A DNA stretch of 64,000 nucleotides from an uncultured Chloroflexia bacterium (GTDB lineage Bacteria; Chloroflexota; Limnocylindria; Limnocylindrales; CSP1-4), in the NCBI GenBank assembly GCA_963713975.1, contig OY970218.1, positions 2,848,001-2,912,000 on the forward strand, given 5' to 3'. Both the position numbers and the translations under genes were made by a program. This document shows, piece after piece, positions 17,600-27,506 of this stretch; the stretch's first letter is position 1, and each line of letters opens with the position of its first letter. The notes under the pieces are model-generated. The model did no database searches. It had not been told where the DNA came from and saw only the letters and a program-made list of their open reading frames with translations.

Positions 17600-18772
17600 A
17601 TGGCTGGCAAGGTCCTGGTCGTCGACGACGACGCGAGCGTTCAGCGACTGCTCCAGCTCACGCTCCAGCAGGAGGGATACGAGGTCGTCCTCGCGTCCGA
17701 CGGCGAGGACGGACTCCGCCGCTGGCAGCAGGAGTCGCCGTCGCTGATCCTGCTCGACGTTACCGTCCAGCAGTTGGACGGCTACGAGGTGGCGACCCGC
17801 ATCCGGGCCGAGGAGGGCGGCAGCGGCCACGTCCCCATCATCATGCTCACCACGGACAAGGACGTGCAGGGCAAGGTCCGGGCGCTCCGGGCTGGTGCGG
17901 ACGACTACCTGGTCAAGCCGTTCCACCCGGCCGAACTGCTCGCCCGGATGAAGAGCCTGATCGCCCGCTTCGCCCCCAGCGAGTCCCTGGTGGGGCGGCC
18001 GCCGCTGGGTCGCATCCATGCCTACTACGGAGCCAAGGGCGGGGTCGGGACGACGACCATCGCCATCAACGCCGCGATCGCGCTCCACTCGCTCGGCCGG
18101 CGAGTGTGCCTCGTGGACGGCAACCTGCAGTTCGGCGATCACCGGGTGTTCCTGGACCTCGGGCTCGATCGCAAGAGCATCGTGGACCTGGTCAGCGCCC
18201 CGGCGATGGACGCGGACCTGGTGCGGAGCATCGTGATCACGCACGACTCTGGGGTCGACCTGCTGCTTGCACCGCCGTCCCCGGAGGCCGCCGACCTCGT
18301 GACCGCGAGCCACCTCCACCAGATCCTGGAGATCCTGTCGGGACAATACGACTACGTGGTCGTCGACATCGACAAGCGACTCGAGGACCGGAACCTGATG
18401 GTCCTCGATGTCGCGAGCACCATCTTCGCGGTCATGACGGCGGACCTGTCGTGCCTCAAGAACGTCCGCCTGCTGCTCGAGACGATCGGCCACCTTGGAT
18501 ACGAGTCCAACAAGCTCAAGCTCGTGCTCAACCGATCCAACGCCTTCACCGGGATCAGCATCAAGAGCGCCGAGGGCGCCCTGCGCCGCCCGATCGAGTT
18601 CCAGGTCGTGAACGAGTATCGGGGCGCAATCTCGGCGCTCAACACCGGCGCGCCGTTCATGATCTCGAAGGGCGACTCCGTGCTGGGCCGCTCGGTGGCC
18701 GATTTCGCGCGGCTGGTCGACAAGGGCAACCCCCAGGGAGTCGGGCTCCTCGCACCCACCACCGGCAGGTGA
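17600..18772 (+). CDS. Response regulator receiver + MinD/ParA-like ATPase (CpaE/TadZ-like)
   Basis: REC: VLVVDDD, LLD, KPF. Deviant Walker A GAKGGVGTTT, DGNLQFGD, YDYVVVD, LVLNR; GGAGG RBS. Confidence 0.85.
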   Translation: MAGKVLVVDDDASVQRLLQLTLQQEGYEVVLASDGEDGLRRWQQESPSLILLDVTVQQLDGYEVATRIRAEEGGSGHVPIIMLTTDKDVQGKVRALRAGADDYLVKPFHPAELLARMKSLIARFAPSESLVGRPPLGRIHAYYGAKGGVGTTTIAINAAIALHSLGRRVCLVDGNLQFGDHRVFLDLGLDRKSIVDLVSAPAMDADLVRSIVITHDSGVDLLLAPPSPEAADLVTASHLHQILEILSGQYDYVVVDIDKRLEDRNLMVLDVASTIFAVMTADLSCLKNVRLLLETIGHLGYESNKLKLVLNRSNAFTGISIKSAEGALRRPIEFQVVNEYRGAISALNTGAPFMISKGDSVLGRSVADFARLVDKGNPQGVGLLAPTTGR

Positions 18773-18851
18773 CGGCGGGCGCCTGATTCTGGCCCTGTAC
18801 GAGGTTCCGGGCGTAAGCGCGGGTTGAGTGGCGCGGCCTACTGTGCCGCTC

Positions 18852-20429
18852 GTGCTTGCAACCCTCCTCTCGGCGACGCTCCACGGCATCTCGGGCCGGC
18901 TCGTCCGGGTCGAGGTGGATGTCGCTCCGGGGCTGCCAGGCTTCACGATCGTCGGCCTCCCGGATGCGGCGCTGTCGGAGGCCCGGGAGCGCGTCCGGGG
19001 GGCGCTTCGCAACACCGGGTACCACCACCCGCCTCGCCGGATCACGGTGAATCTCGCCCCGGCAGAGGTGCGCAAGGCCGGTGCCTCGCTGGACCTTGCG
19101 ATCGCCGTGGGGATCCTGTTGGGCTCGGAGCAGCTGCGTGCTGCGGCGGCCAACGTGGCGCTGATCGGCGAGTTGGGGCTCGGTGGCGATGTGCGCTGGG
19201 TGCCCGGCATCCTCCCGATGGGCCTGGCGCTTGCGGCGGCCGGCGTGGAGCGGGTCCTCGTCGCGACCGACGCGGCCCCCGAGGCGTCCCTCGTCCCGGG
19301 TCTCGATGTGATCCCGGTCGAGACCGTCGCCGACGCTGCCGACGCGGTCCGATCGTCGCGATCCCGCCGCGCCGTCCCGGTGCCGCTGGCACGTGCGGAC
19401 GGCCTCGCACAGTCGGCCGGCAAGCCGGCGTACAACGATGATGCCGGGTCGACGACCGGCGACCCGGGGCTGGACCTCGCGGACATCCGGGGGCAGGCCG
19501 TCGCGAGACGTGCCCTGGAGATCGCCCTGGCCGGCGGTCACGCGATGCTGTTGATCGGGCCCCCGGGGGCCGGCAAGACGATGATCGCGAGGGCGATCCC
19601 GGGTCTCCTGCCGGATCTCGACGATGCCGCCGCTCTGGCCGCGACGGCCGTGGCCTCCGCGGTCGCCAGCGGCCCCGTGCGCATGCTGCGGCGGCGGCCT
19701 CCCGTCAGAGCTCCTCATCACACCGTGTCCTATGCGGGAATGGTGGGTGGCGGACCGCGGATGTCGCCGGGCGAGGTCACGCTCGCGGATGGGGGAGTGC
19801 TCATCTGCGATGAGCTGCCGGAGTTCGGACGCGACGTCCTCGAGGCCCTGCGGCAGCCATTGGAGGACGGGAGCGTGGCGGTCGTCCGGGTCGGCAGGGC
19901 CGTGACATTCCCGGCGCGCTTCACGCTGGTGGCCGCCATGAACCCGTGTCCGTGCGGCATGAGCGGTGTCGAGGACCGCTCGTGCTCCTGTCCACCGGGT
20001 GTCCCCGAGCGGTATCGCCGCCGCGTCTCTGGACCGCTGCGGGACCGGATCGACCTCTGGGTGCGGGTCGGGCGAGTTCCCCCATCGGTCCTGGTCGGTG
20101 GTCCGCAACCCGAGGCATCGCTCGAGGTCGCCCGGCGCATCGCGGCGGCGCGCGAGCGCCAGCGGGCGCGGACCGGTGACGTTCCGAACGGCCGCGTGCG
20201 AGGCCGCAAGCTGCGCACGATCTGCCGGCTGGGCGGACTGGAGGCCGCGCGGGCGGTCGTGCTCGCCGACCGCGAGCGGCTCTCGGGACGCGGAACGGAG
20301 CGGCTGCTGCGGGTCGCGCGAACCATCGCGGACCTCGAGGGGGACGCGGTCGTGAGCACCGAGCACCTCGACGAGGCCGCACAGTTCAGGGCGTGGTCCG
20401 AGACAGCGTCGCCGGCGGAGGCCACCTGA
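18852..20429 (+). CDS. comM: YifB/ComM family Mg-chelatase-like AAA+ ATPase
   Basis: VGLPDAALSEARERVR, ITVNLAPA, GPPGAGKT, RAPHH, DELPEF, AAMNPCPCG, SGPLRDRID. Confidence 0.9.
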   Translation: MLATLLSATLHGISGRLVRVEVDVAPGLPGFTIVGLPDAALSEARERVRGALRNTGYHHPPRRITVNLAPAEVRKAGASLDLAIAVGILLGSEQLRAAAANVALIGELGLGGDVRWVPGILPMGLALAAAGVERVLVATDAAPEASLVPGLDVIPVETVADAADAVRSSRSRRAVPVPLARADGLAQSAGKPAYNDDAGSTTGDPGLDLADIRGQAVARRALEIALAGGHAMLLIGPPGAGKTMIARAIPGLLPDLDDAAALAATAVASAVASGPVRMLRRRPPVRAPHHTVSYAGMVGGGPRMSPGEVTLADGGVLICDELPEFGRDVLEALRQPLEDGSVAVVRVGRAVTFPARFTLVAAMNPCPCGMSGVEDRSCSCPPGVPERYRRRVSGPLRDRIDLWVRVGRVPPSVLVGGPQPEASLEVARRIAAARERQRARTGDVPNGRVRGRKLRTICRLGGLEAARAVVLADRERLSGRGTERLLRVARTIADLEGDAVVSTEHLDEAAQFRAWSETASPAEAT

Positions 20430-21724
20430 TGCTGGGGATCGGTCGACGCGGGCCCCTCGGCCGGGCGGACGCCGAGACGGTTGGGGGTCCGGCGCCCGCG
20501 GTGGACGCCGATACCGAGCGGGAGTCCTGGGTCGTGCTCGCAGGTACGGAGGGTGTCGGGCCAGTCTCGTTCGAGCGGCTGGTAGGGCGCTTCGGGAGTG
20601 CGGCCGCCGTGCTCGTCGCGGCACGCAGGAGCGGGGCGACGCGGCTGCTCGTGGAGGCGACGACCGGCCCTGATGGCGGTCCGGCGACGCTCACTACGCA
20701 GGCAGCCGCGGCCCTCGTTGGGGCGGCTGCGAGCCCTGGAAGCAGCCTCGATCCGGTGCGCCGGGCCGGACTGACCGTCCTGACCCTCGTCGACGAGGCG
20801 TACCCGAGGAGGCTGCGGACGATCGACCTGCCGCCCCCGGTCCTGTTCCTGCTTGGCGACCCGGGCGCCCTCGACCGGGCACGCTCGGTCGCGATCGTCG
20901 GGACGCGCCGCCCTACGGAGGTCGGGCGCGCGACGGCCGGTCGGATCGCGGACGCCGTCGCGATCGTCGGCGCCACGGTCGTGTCAGGCCTCGCTCTAGG
21001 GATCGACGGTGCAGCCCATGCCGCCGCGGTCCGGTCCGGCACGCCGACGGTCGCCGTGATCGGTGGGGGCCACGAGCGCCTGTATCCGGCCGCGCACCGC
21101 GTGCTGGCGCGGTCGATCGTGGCCGGGGGCGGAGCCGTGCTCAGCGAGTTCCCTCCGGGGACCCAGCCGTCCCGCGGAACGTTCCCCCGCCGGAACCGGA
21201 TCATCAGCGGGCTGGCCGATGCGACGATCGTCGTCGAGGCAGGGGCGAGGAGCGGTGCGCTGACCACGGCCGCGTGGGCGCTCGAGCAGGGGAGGGGCCT
21301 GTACCTCGTTCCCGGCCGCCTGGAGGACCCGGCTGTCGCGGGGTGTCTCGCCTTCCTCCGCGAAGCGGGACCGGAGGCGCGGATCGTGGCCGGGATCCCG
21401 GAGCTGCTCGAGGACCTGGGCCTGCTCGATCCGGGCGGTGTTCCCGTGGGTCGCCGGGATCCCGTGCTTGCCGCGCTCAGCAGCGTGGAGCGGGACCTCG
21501 CGCGCCACCTCCTGGCGGGCCGGTGCACCGTGGACGAGCTCGTCTGCGCAACGGGTGCCCGGAGCGCCACGGTGCTCGGTGGGCTCACGTCCCTCGAGGT
21601 CCGCGGCCTGGTCCTGGAGGCCTACGGGCGCTACCGGCCGACCGGCGCGCTCGCCGGCCGAACCGGGCGTCCGCGGAACGGGCTCCCGGCCGTCCGTGGT
21701 CCCGTCAGGCGGAGCGCCGCCTGA
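20429..21724 (+). CDS. dprA: DNA-processing protein DprA
   Basis: VAIVGTR, VSGLALGIDGAAH, SEFPPG, FPRRNRIISGL, VVEAGARSGAL, C-terminal winged helix. Confidence 0.92.
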   Translation: MLGIGRRGPLGRADAETVGGPAPAVDADTERESWVVLAGTEGVGPVSFERLVGRFGSAAAVLVAARRSGATRLLVEATTGPDGGPATLTTQAAAALVGAAASPGSSLDPVRRAGLTVLTLVDEAYPRRLRTIDLPPPVLFLLGDPGALDRARSVAIVGTRRPTEVGRATAGRIADAVAIVGATVVSGLALGIDGAAHAAAVRSGTPTVAVIGGGHERLYPAAHRVLARSIVAGGGAVLSEFPPGTQPSRGTFPRRNRIISGLADATIVVEAGARSGALTTAAWALEQGRGLYLVPGRLEDPAVAGCLAFLREAGPEARIVAGIPELLEDLGLLDPGGVPVGRRDPVLAALSSVERDLARHLLAGRCTVDELVCATGARSATVLGGLTSLEVRGLVLEAYGRYRPTGALAGRTGRPRNGLPAVRGPVRRSAA

Positions 21725-21742
21725 TCCGGAGGGTGGCGACGG

Positions 21743-21772
21743 TTGCCGGGCGTTCGGGTCGAGTGCTACGCT
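21743..21772 (+). promoter_or_regulatory. Putative sigma70-type promoter
   Basis: TTGCCG - 18 nt - TACGCT with extended -10 TG. Confidence 0.5.
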
Positions 21773-21871
21773 CGACGATGGCCCCGGCTGGCGGCATGGC
21801 CGGCAACGTCCCCGGGTGCCGGGACCTGTCTCGCGACGTAGTTCCCGGCGGGCCGATTGGAGGACAACGTA

Positions 21872-23512
21872 TTGCGGAAGCTCGGGGCCACCCTGGCAGC
21901 GCTACCTGTCCTCGCGCTCGTATACCTCGCGCTGCTCGGTCGTCGCGGACTTGCCCGGCTCGGTGCCGGGGTCGCGGCCGCGGCCGTGATCGCCGTCGTC
22001 GCCCTGGCCAGCCTGCCCCCCGCCCCCAGCGCCGCCATCCCCGCTGCAGCGACACCCCAGCCGGTCGGGGCGCGGGTTCTCGGCGCCGTCGCGACCGGCC
22101 ACGGGCTGAGGCAGCCGATCTCCATCGCCTTCGATTCGCCGATGGACCCAGCCTCCGTCGCGGCGGCACTGCGCCTCCAGCCCGAGACCGCCGTCACGTT
22201 CGGCTGGGATTCCGCGGGGCGTGTGCTGACGATCACGCCGCTCCGGAGCTGGGAGCCGCACACGCTGTACGCAGTCACCGTGGCCCAGTCCGCCCGCGCG
22301 ACAGCCGGCGGCAGCCTCTCACAGGCCCTGCGATCGGTGACCCTCACGGACTCGGCGGGCAGGGGCGTGCTGACGGCGACCCATGCGGACGGCAACCGGG
22401 TCCGCAGCGACTCCGCCTTCAAGATCACCCTGGACCGGCCCGCATCGGTCGCTGCCCTCCAGACGGCCCTCCGCTCGGAGCCGGCCATCCCCGGCGAGGT
22501 CAGCGCCGGTGAGGCCAGTGGCGAGTTCCTGTTCACCCCCGCCGCCCCGCTTGCCGCGGACACGGAATACGAGGTCTCCCTTGCCGGCCTGGTCGGGAGC
22601 GATGGGCTGGCCTTCGAGGACCTGCCCGCCCTCGTGATCCGCACGGCCGCGGCGCCCGAGGTCGTGCGCTTCCGGCCCCGCTCCGGCGAGGGAGACGTCG
22701 AGCGATCCGCGACGATCTCCGTCCGCTTCACGGAGCCGATGAAGCGCGCCCAGACCGCGGAGGCATTCCGGGTGTCCGTGGGTGGGACAGCCATCAAGGG
22801 ATCCACGTCGTGGGCAGAGCAGGGTACGGTCCTGGTCTTCGTGCCCACCGCCCCCCTCCCGTACGGCGCCACGATCCGCATGCGCGTCGAGGCGTCGGCC
22901 GCATCGCGAGCCGGGGTACCGGTTTCCTCCGCGGCCGCGGGCACCTTCAAGGTCGTTCCGAAACCGGCCCCCAAGCCCAAGGCAGCCCCCGCGTCCAGCA
23001 CGAAGCCGAAATCCAAGCCCAAGCCCATCGGCAACTCCGGGGGCGGGGGCGCCGTGTCGGGCAGCTGGTCCGGCGTCGAGGCCTACTACCTGAAGCTGAT
23101 GAACTGCACGCGGACCGGCGGCTGGGTGACGTCATCGGGCAGCTGCTCCTCGCCAGGCGGACGAGACGTCCCACCCCTCGCCCTCAGCTCCGGCATCAGC
23201 GCCGAGGTCTCGCGGCCCTATGCGAAGCTCCTCGCGACCCGCAACATCTGCTCGCACTTCGTGGGCGGCAACCCCGGCGACCGCCTCCGCAGCGCCGGGT
23301 ACAGGAGCTACCGCTGGGGCGAGAACCTGGGCTGCCGCTCGGGCAACGCGTACTCGGCGGTCCTGGGTTCGCACCGCTACTTCCAGAGCGAGAAGCCGTA
23401 CAACGGCGGCCACTATCGCAACCTCATGGATGCCCGGTTCCGCCAGGTCGGGATCGGCGTATGGGTTGCGAGTGGGCGGGTTCGGCTGGTGGTGGACTTC
23501 TACACTCCGTGA
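21872..23512 (+). CDS. Exported protein with three Big_5/SbsA-like Ig domains and a C-terminal CAP (SCP) domain
   Basis: N-terminal hydrophobic segments; ISIAFDSPMD, ISVRFTEPM, FTPAAPLAADTEYEV repeats; PK-rich linker; DRLRSAGY..WGENLG, GHYRNLMDARFRQVGIGV. TTG start after GGAGG. Confidence 0.8.
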   Translation: MRKLGATLAALPVLALVYLALLGRRGLARLGAGVAAAAVIAVVALASLPPAPSAAIPAAATPQPVGARVLGAVATGHGLRQPISIAFDSPMDPASVAAALRLQPETAVTFGWDSAGRVLTITPLRSWEPHTLYAVTVAQSARATAGGSLSQALRSVTLTDSAGRGVLTATHADGNRVRSDSAFKITLDRPASVAALQTALRSEPAIPGEVSAGEASGEFLFTPAAPLAADTEYEVSLAGLVGSDGLAFEDLPALVIRTAAAPEVVRFRPRSGEGDVERSATISVRFTEPMKRAQTAEAFRVSVGGTAIKGSTSWAEQGTVLVFVPTAPLPYGATIRMRVEASAASRAGVPVSSAAAGTFKVVPKPAPKPKAAPASSTKPKSKPKPIGNSGGGGAVSGSWSGVEAYYLKLMNCTRTGGWVTSSGSCSSPGGRDVPPLALSSGISAEVSRPYAKLLATRNICSHFVGGNPGDRLRSAGYRSYRWGENLGCRSGNAYSAVLGSHRYFQSEKPYNGGHYRNLMDARFRQVGIGVWVASGRVRLVVDFYTP

Positions 23513-23582
23513 CCCCGGCGCCGCCCCGGACCGGGACCATCGGGCGGGTGACGCGGGCTCGCGGGCGGGCGAGCATGCGGTC

Positions 23583-23978
23583 GTGATCAGGAATGTCGTC
23601 ATCCACCTGTCCAACGAGCAGCCGCTGCTCGCGGACCTGTACACCCCTCCCAACCCGGCCGACGTCGGGCTCCTGTGCACCAACATGCGCTTGATGGACG
23701 GCAAGCGACCGGTGTTCATCGACCGCACCGAGTCCACCTTCTTCTTCCCGTACCTCCACATCCGGTTCCTCGAGATCCCCGCCGCCGAGCTGCAGCGGCA
23801 CCTCGCGGAGGCCGGGGCAGGTCCGCTCGGCGTGGCCCAGACCGGGCCGTTTGCCGGTGACGGCAGCGCGCGCCTGCCGGCCCTGTTCGAGGAGGCGGCG
23901 CAGGATCCCGCGGCGGAGGATCCGGAGGCCGAGATCGAGATCGACGAGGACTTCCTGCAGCGCGTCCGCGACATCTAG
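23583..23978 (+). CDS. Small hypothetical protein
   Basis: GTG start; coding-like codon usage IRNVVIHLSNEQPLLADL...FPYLHIRFLEIP, acidic tail EIEIDEDFLQRVRDI. Confidence 0.7.
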   Translation: MIRNVVIHLSNEQPLLADLYTPPNPADVGLLCTNMRLMDGKRPVFIDRTESTFFFPYLHIRFLEIPAAELQRHLAEAGAGPLGVAQTGPFAGDGSARLPALFEEAAQDPAAEDPEAEIEIDEDFLQRVRDI

Positions 23979-24043
23979 GACGCCGCTCGCAGCACCTGCC
24001 GATCATCGGCGCGCAAGGGGCCGGTGCTACACTCCCGGCCGCC

Positions 24044-26497
24044 ATGGCCAAGAACCTCGTGATCGTGGAGTCGCCCGCCAAAGCGCGGACGATCGAGCGC
24101 TACCTCGGCGCGGACTACCAGGTCCTCGCCTCGTACGGCCACGTCCGGGATCTCCCGGAGAACCCCGGCAAGGGCAAGTTCGGCGTGGACGTGGACCACG
24201 ACTTCGCGCCCGAGTACGTCATCTCCGAGGATCGTCGCAAGCATGTCGCGGCGATCGAGAAGGCTGCGAAGGGCGCCGCGAACGTGTGGCTGGCGACGGA
24301 CCTCGACCGCGAGGGCGAGGCGATCGCATGGCACGTGACCGAGGCCGCCAACATCCCCGCCGCCAAGACGAGCCGGGTGACGTTCAGCGAGATCACCGAG
24401 GGTGCCATCCGGGAGGCGTTCGCGAGCCCGCGCGAGATCGACCAAGACCTCGTCGACGCCCAGCAGACCCGCCGGATCATGGACCGCCTGGTGGGCTACA
24501 CGCTCAGCCCGCTGATCTCGCGCAAGATCCGCAGCGGGCTCTCGGCCGGCCGCGTACAGTCGGTCGCGGTGCGGATGGTCGTCGAGCGCGAACGCGAGAT
24601 CCGCGCCTTCACGGCTCGGGAGTACTGGACGCTCGAGACCCTGCTTGCCACTGCGGACGGATCGACGTTCACGGCCGACGTCGCCCGCATCGACGGCAAG
24701 GCGCCGGACATCTCGGACGGCGAGACGGCGGAGCGCCACGCGTCCGCCCTGCGTGGGCTGGCGCCGGTCGTCGACTCGGTGACCACGCGGACATCGAAGC
24801 GCAATCCGGCCCCACCGTTCACCACCAGCACGCTCCAGCAGGAGGCGAGCCGCAAGCTCGGCTTCAGCCCCAAGCGCACGATGTCCGCCGCGCAGCGCCT
24901 GTACGAGGGCGCCGAGACCGCGGACGGGCATGTCGGCCTGATCACCTACATGCGGACCGACTCCACGGCGATCGCGAGCGTCGCCATGGCGGAGGCGCAG
25001 GCCGTGATCGTCGAGCGCTTCGGCGAGCGGTACGGGACCGGCAAGGGCCGGGTCTACAAGACGAAGCAGAAGGGTGCCCAGGAGGCCCACGAGTCGATCC
25101 GCCCGACGTCGTTCCTCCGTGATCCGGAGTCACTCGAGGCCTACGTCCAGGGCGACGAGCTCAGGCTCTATCGCTTGATCTGGCAGCGAGCGGTCGCATC
25201 ACAGATGGCGTCCAAGGAGCTGGAGACCACGACCGCCGAGCTGGTGGCCGGCGTGTACCGCCTGCGGGCATCGGCGACCAGGACGCTGTTCGACGGCTTC
25301 TCGCGGGTCTACACGGAGGGCAGGGATGACGAGGCGGAGGAGGCGGAGCGCCGGCTGCCTGCGTTGAAGGCCGGGGATGGGACGGCTGTCCAGTCGGTCA
25401 CGCCGTCGCAGCACTTCACGGAGCCCCCGCCGCGCTACACGGAGGCGACGCTGATCAAGGCCCTGGAGGAGCACGGCATCGGCCGTCCGTCCACCTTCGC
25501 CGCGACGATCTCGACGATCATGGACCGCGGCTATGTCAGGGTCGAGGAGCGCCGCCTGCGCCCGGAGGAGATCGGTGAGATCGTGACCGACCTCCTGGTC
25601 GATCACTTCGGCGAGTACGTGGACCTCAAGTTCACGGCCCGCATGGAGGAGGAGCTCGACGAGGTGGCGCGCGGAGAGCGTGAGTGGGTGCCGCTCCTTC
25701 GGGCGTTCTTCGGCCCGCTCAAGGAGCGCGTCGACGAGAAGCGCAGGGAGCTCAAGCGGCGCGACTTCACCACCGAGCCCACGGACGAGGTCTGCTCTGA
25801 GGGCCATCCGATGGTCATCAGGCTGGGCCGCAACGGGAAGTTCCTGGCCTGCTCCACGTTCCCCGACCACAAGGAGACACGTCCGCTGCCGGGCGAGGAG
25901 ACCCCCGGTCTCGAGGGCGAGGGCGACCCCTGCCCCGAGTGCGGCCAGGGCGTGCTCGCAACCCGGCGAGGTCGGTTCGGCGCGTTCCTGGGCTGCGCAC
26001 GCTACCCGGATTGCACCTACATCCGGAAGGACGGCCCGCCGCCGCCCGACCAGCTCCCGTTCGAGGTCGTCTGCCCCAAGAATGCCGACGGCCCGCTCGT
26101 CGCGCGTCGCGCACGGCGTACCGGAAACGTCTTCTGGGGATGCTCCAAGTACCCCAAGTGCGACTTCACGACCAACGACGAGCCCACCGGTGCGCTGCAC
26201 GACGCCGCCGACGCCACCCATGCGGATGGACGGGGAGCGGTGGCCCGCAAGGGAGAGGCAGGCATCTGCCTGACCTGCGGCGCGACCGTCGAGCTGCCCG
26301 ATGGGACCGTCGTGGGACGGCGCCTCCCGGGCGGACCACCCAACCCGGCGGCCCTGGAACGTCCGGTCCGCGGCGGCAGACGTGGGGCCAAGACGGGGAG
26401 CGGATCCGCGAAGGCCGCGTCCGGCGCCAGGCGCACGACCCGGTCCTCGGGCGCCACCAAACGCACGGGAACCGGGTCGCGGCCCAAGAGCGAGTGA
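24044..26497 (+). CDS. topA: DNA topoisomerase I
   Basis: LVIVESPAK, ATDLDREGEAI, SAGRVQS, ITYMRTDS (catalytic Tyr), GIGRPST, C-terminal Zn ribbons and basic tail. Confidence 0.97.
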   Translation: MAKNLVIVESPAKARTIERYLGADYQVLASYGHVRDLPENPGKGKFGVDVDHDFAPEYVISEDRRKHVAAIEKAAKGAANVWLATDLDREGEAIAWHVTEAANIPAAKTSRVTFSEITEGAIREAFASPREIDQDLVDAQQTRRIMDRLVGYTLSPLISRKIRSGLSAGRVQSVAVRMVVEREREIRAFTAREYWTLETLLATADGSTFTADVARIDGKAPDISDGETAERHASALRGLAPVVDSVTTRTSKRNPAPPFTTSTLQQEASRKLGFSPKRTMSAAQRLYEGAETADGHVGLITYMRTDSTAIASVAMAEAQAVIVERFGERYGTGKGRVYKTKQKGAQEAHESIRPTSFLRDPESLEAYVQGDELRLYRLIWQRAVASQMASKELETTTAELVAGVYRLRASATRTLFDGFSRVYTEGRDDEAEEAERRLPALKAGDGTAVQSVTPSQHFTEPPPRYTEATLIKALEEHGIGRPSTFAATISTIMDRGYVRVEERRLRPEEIGEIVTDLLVDHFGEYVDLKFTARMEEELDEVARGEREWVPLLRAFFGPLKERVDEKRRELKRRDFTTEPTDEVCSEGHPMVIRLGRNGKFLACSTFPDHKETRPLPGEETPGLEGEGDPCPECGQGVLATRRGRFGAFLGCARYPDCTYIRKDGPPPPDQLPFEVVCPKNADGPLVARRARRTGNVFWGCSKYPKCDFTTNDEPTGALHDAADATHADGRGAVARKGEAGICLTCGATVELPDGTVVGRRLPGGPPNPAALERPVRGGRRGAKTGSGSAKAASGARRTTRSSGATKRTGTGSRPKSE

Positions 26498-26540
26498 GCG
26501 GCGTGGGCCAGGCGAGGTGCGATCGTCCGACGGCCGTGCC

Positions 26541-27506
26541 GTGACCGGCCAGGAGGCGCTGCGACGGTTCATGCGCTCGCTCGAGGCCCGCGACACCTCG
26601 CCCGAGACGCGCCGCTCCTACCGGGCAACAATCGCGGCGTACCTGGCCTGGCTGTCCGCCCGCGACGCCGACTGGCGGTCGCCGGGCCGGACGACGCTGC
26701 GGGCCTATCTCGGTGAGCTGTCCGAGGGTCACGCCAGGACGTCGGTCGCCCAGCGCCTGGCGGCCCTGCGGGCCTTCCACCGCTACTGCGCGCGGGCAGG
26801 GATCGCACCGGGCGACCCCTGGGGCGCGATCGCGACGCCACGCCTGCCCAGGCGCCTGCCACGCGTGCTCGAGGTGGAGCAGGTCGACGCGCTGCTGGCG
26901 GCGGTGGACGAGGACCTGGTGGCCGCCCGCGGGGGCACCTCGCGGTCCGGGAGCCGGGACCCGGAACTGGCGATCGCGATCGCGTTGCGGGACCGGGCCC
27001 TGGTCGAGACCGCCTATGCCGCCGGGCTGCGGATCAGCGAGCTGGCGGCGTCCGAGCTCGGCAACCTCGACCTGCGTCGTGGCGAGGTCCGGGTGATGGG
27101 CAAGGGGCGGAAGGAACGGATCGGCCTCCTGGGGCGTCCGGCCCGCGATGCCCTGACTGCGTATCTGGACGAGGCTCGACCCGTCCTGACATCCCGGGCG
27201 GACCCGCTCGCCGAGGAACCCGTGGAGGTGTTCCTCAATCACCGCGGTGCGCCCCTGGGTGTGCGGGGCCTGCGCATGCGCCTCGATCGACTCCGTCGCC
27301 GGGCCGGCCTGCCGGAGGGCGTGAGTCCCCACACCCTCAGGCACTCGTTCGCCACCCACCTCCTCGACGGTGGCGCGGACCTGCGCGTGGTGCAGGAGCT
27401 GCTCGGTCACGAGAGCCTGGCCACCACCCAGGTCTACACGCACGTGTCGCCGACCCGCCTGCGCGACGCTTACCGCATGGCGCATCCGCGGGCACGGTCC
27501 ACCTGA
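26541..27506 (+). CDS. xerC: Tyrosine recombinase XerC
   Basis: RDRALVETAYAAGLRISEL, GKGRKER, PHTLRHSFATHLL, VQELLGH, TTQVYTHV; follows topA. Start uncertain (26517 or 26541). Confidence 0.88.
   Translation: MTGQEALRRFMRSLEARDTSPETRRSYRATIAAYLAWLSARDADWRSPGRTTLRAYLGELSEGHARTSVAQRLAALRAFHRYCARAGIAPGDPWGAIATPRLPRRLPRVLEVEQVDALLAAVDEDLVAARGGTSRSGSRDPELAIAIALRDRALVETAYAAGLRISELAASELGNLDLRRGEVRVMGKGRKERIGLLGRPARDALTAYLDEARPVLTSRADPLAEEPVEVFLNHRGAPLGVRGLRMRLDRLRRRAGLPEGVSPHTLRHSFATHLLDGGADLRVVQELLGHESLATTQVYTHVSPTRLRDAYRMAHPRARST

Noticed and set aside
26541-27506. Tyrosine recombinase as a phage/ICE integrase
   Set aside because: Size, motifs and position after topA match housekeeping XerC; no att repeats or cargo
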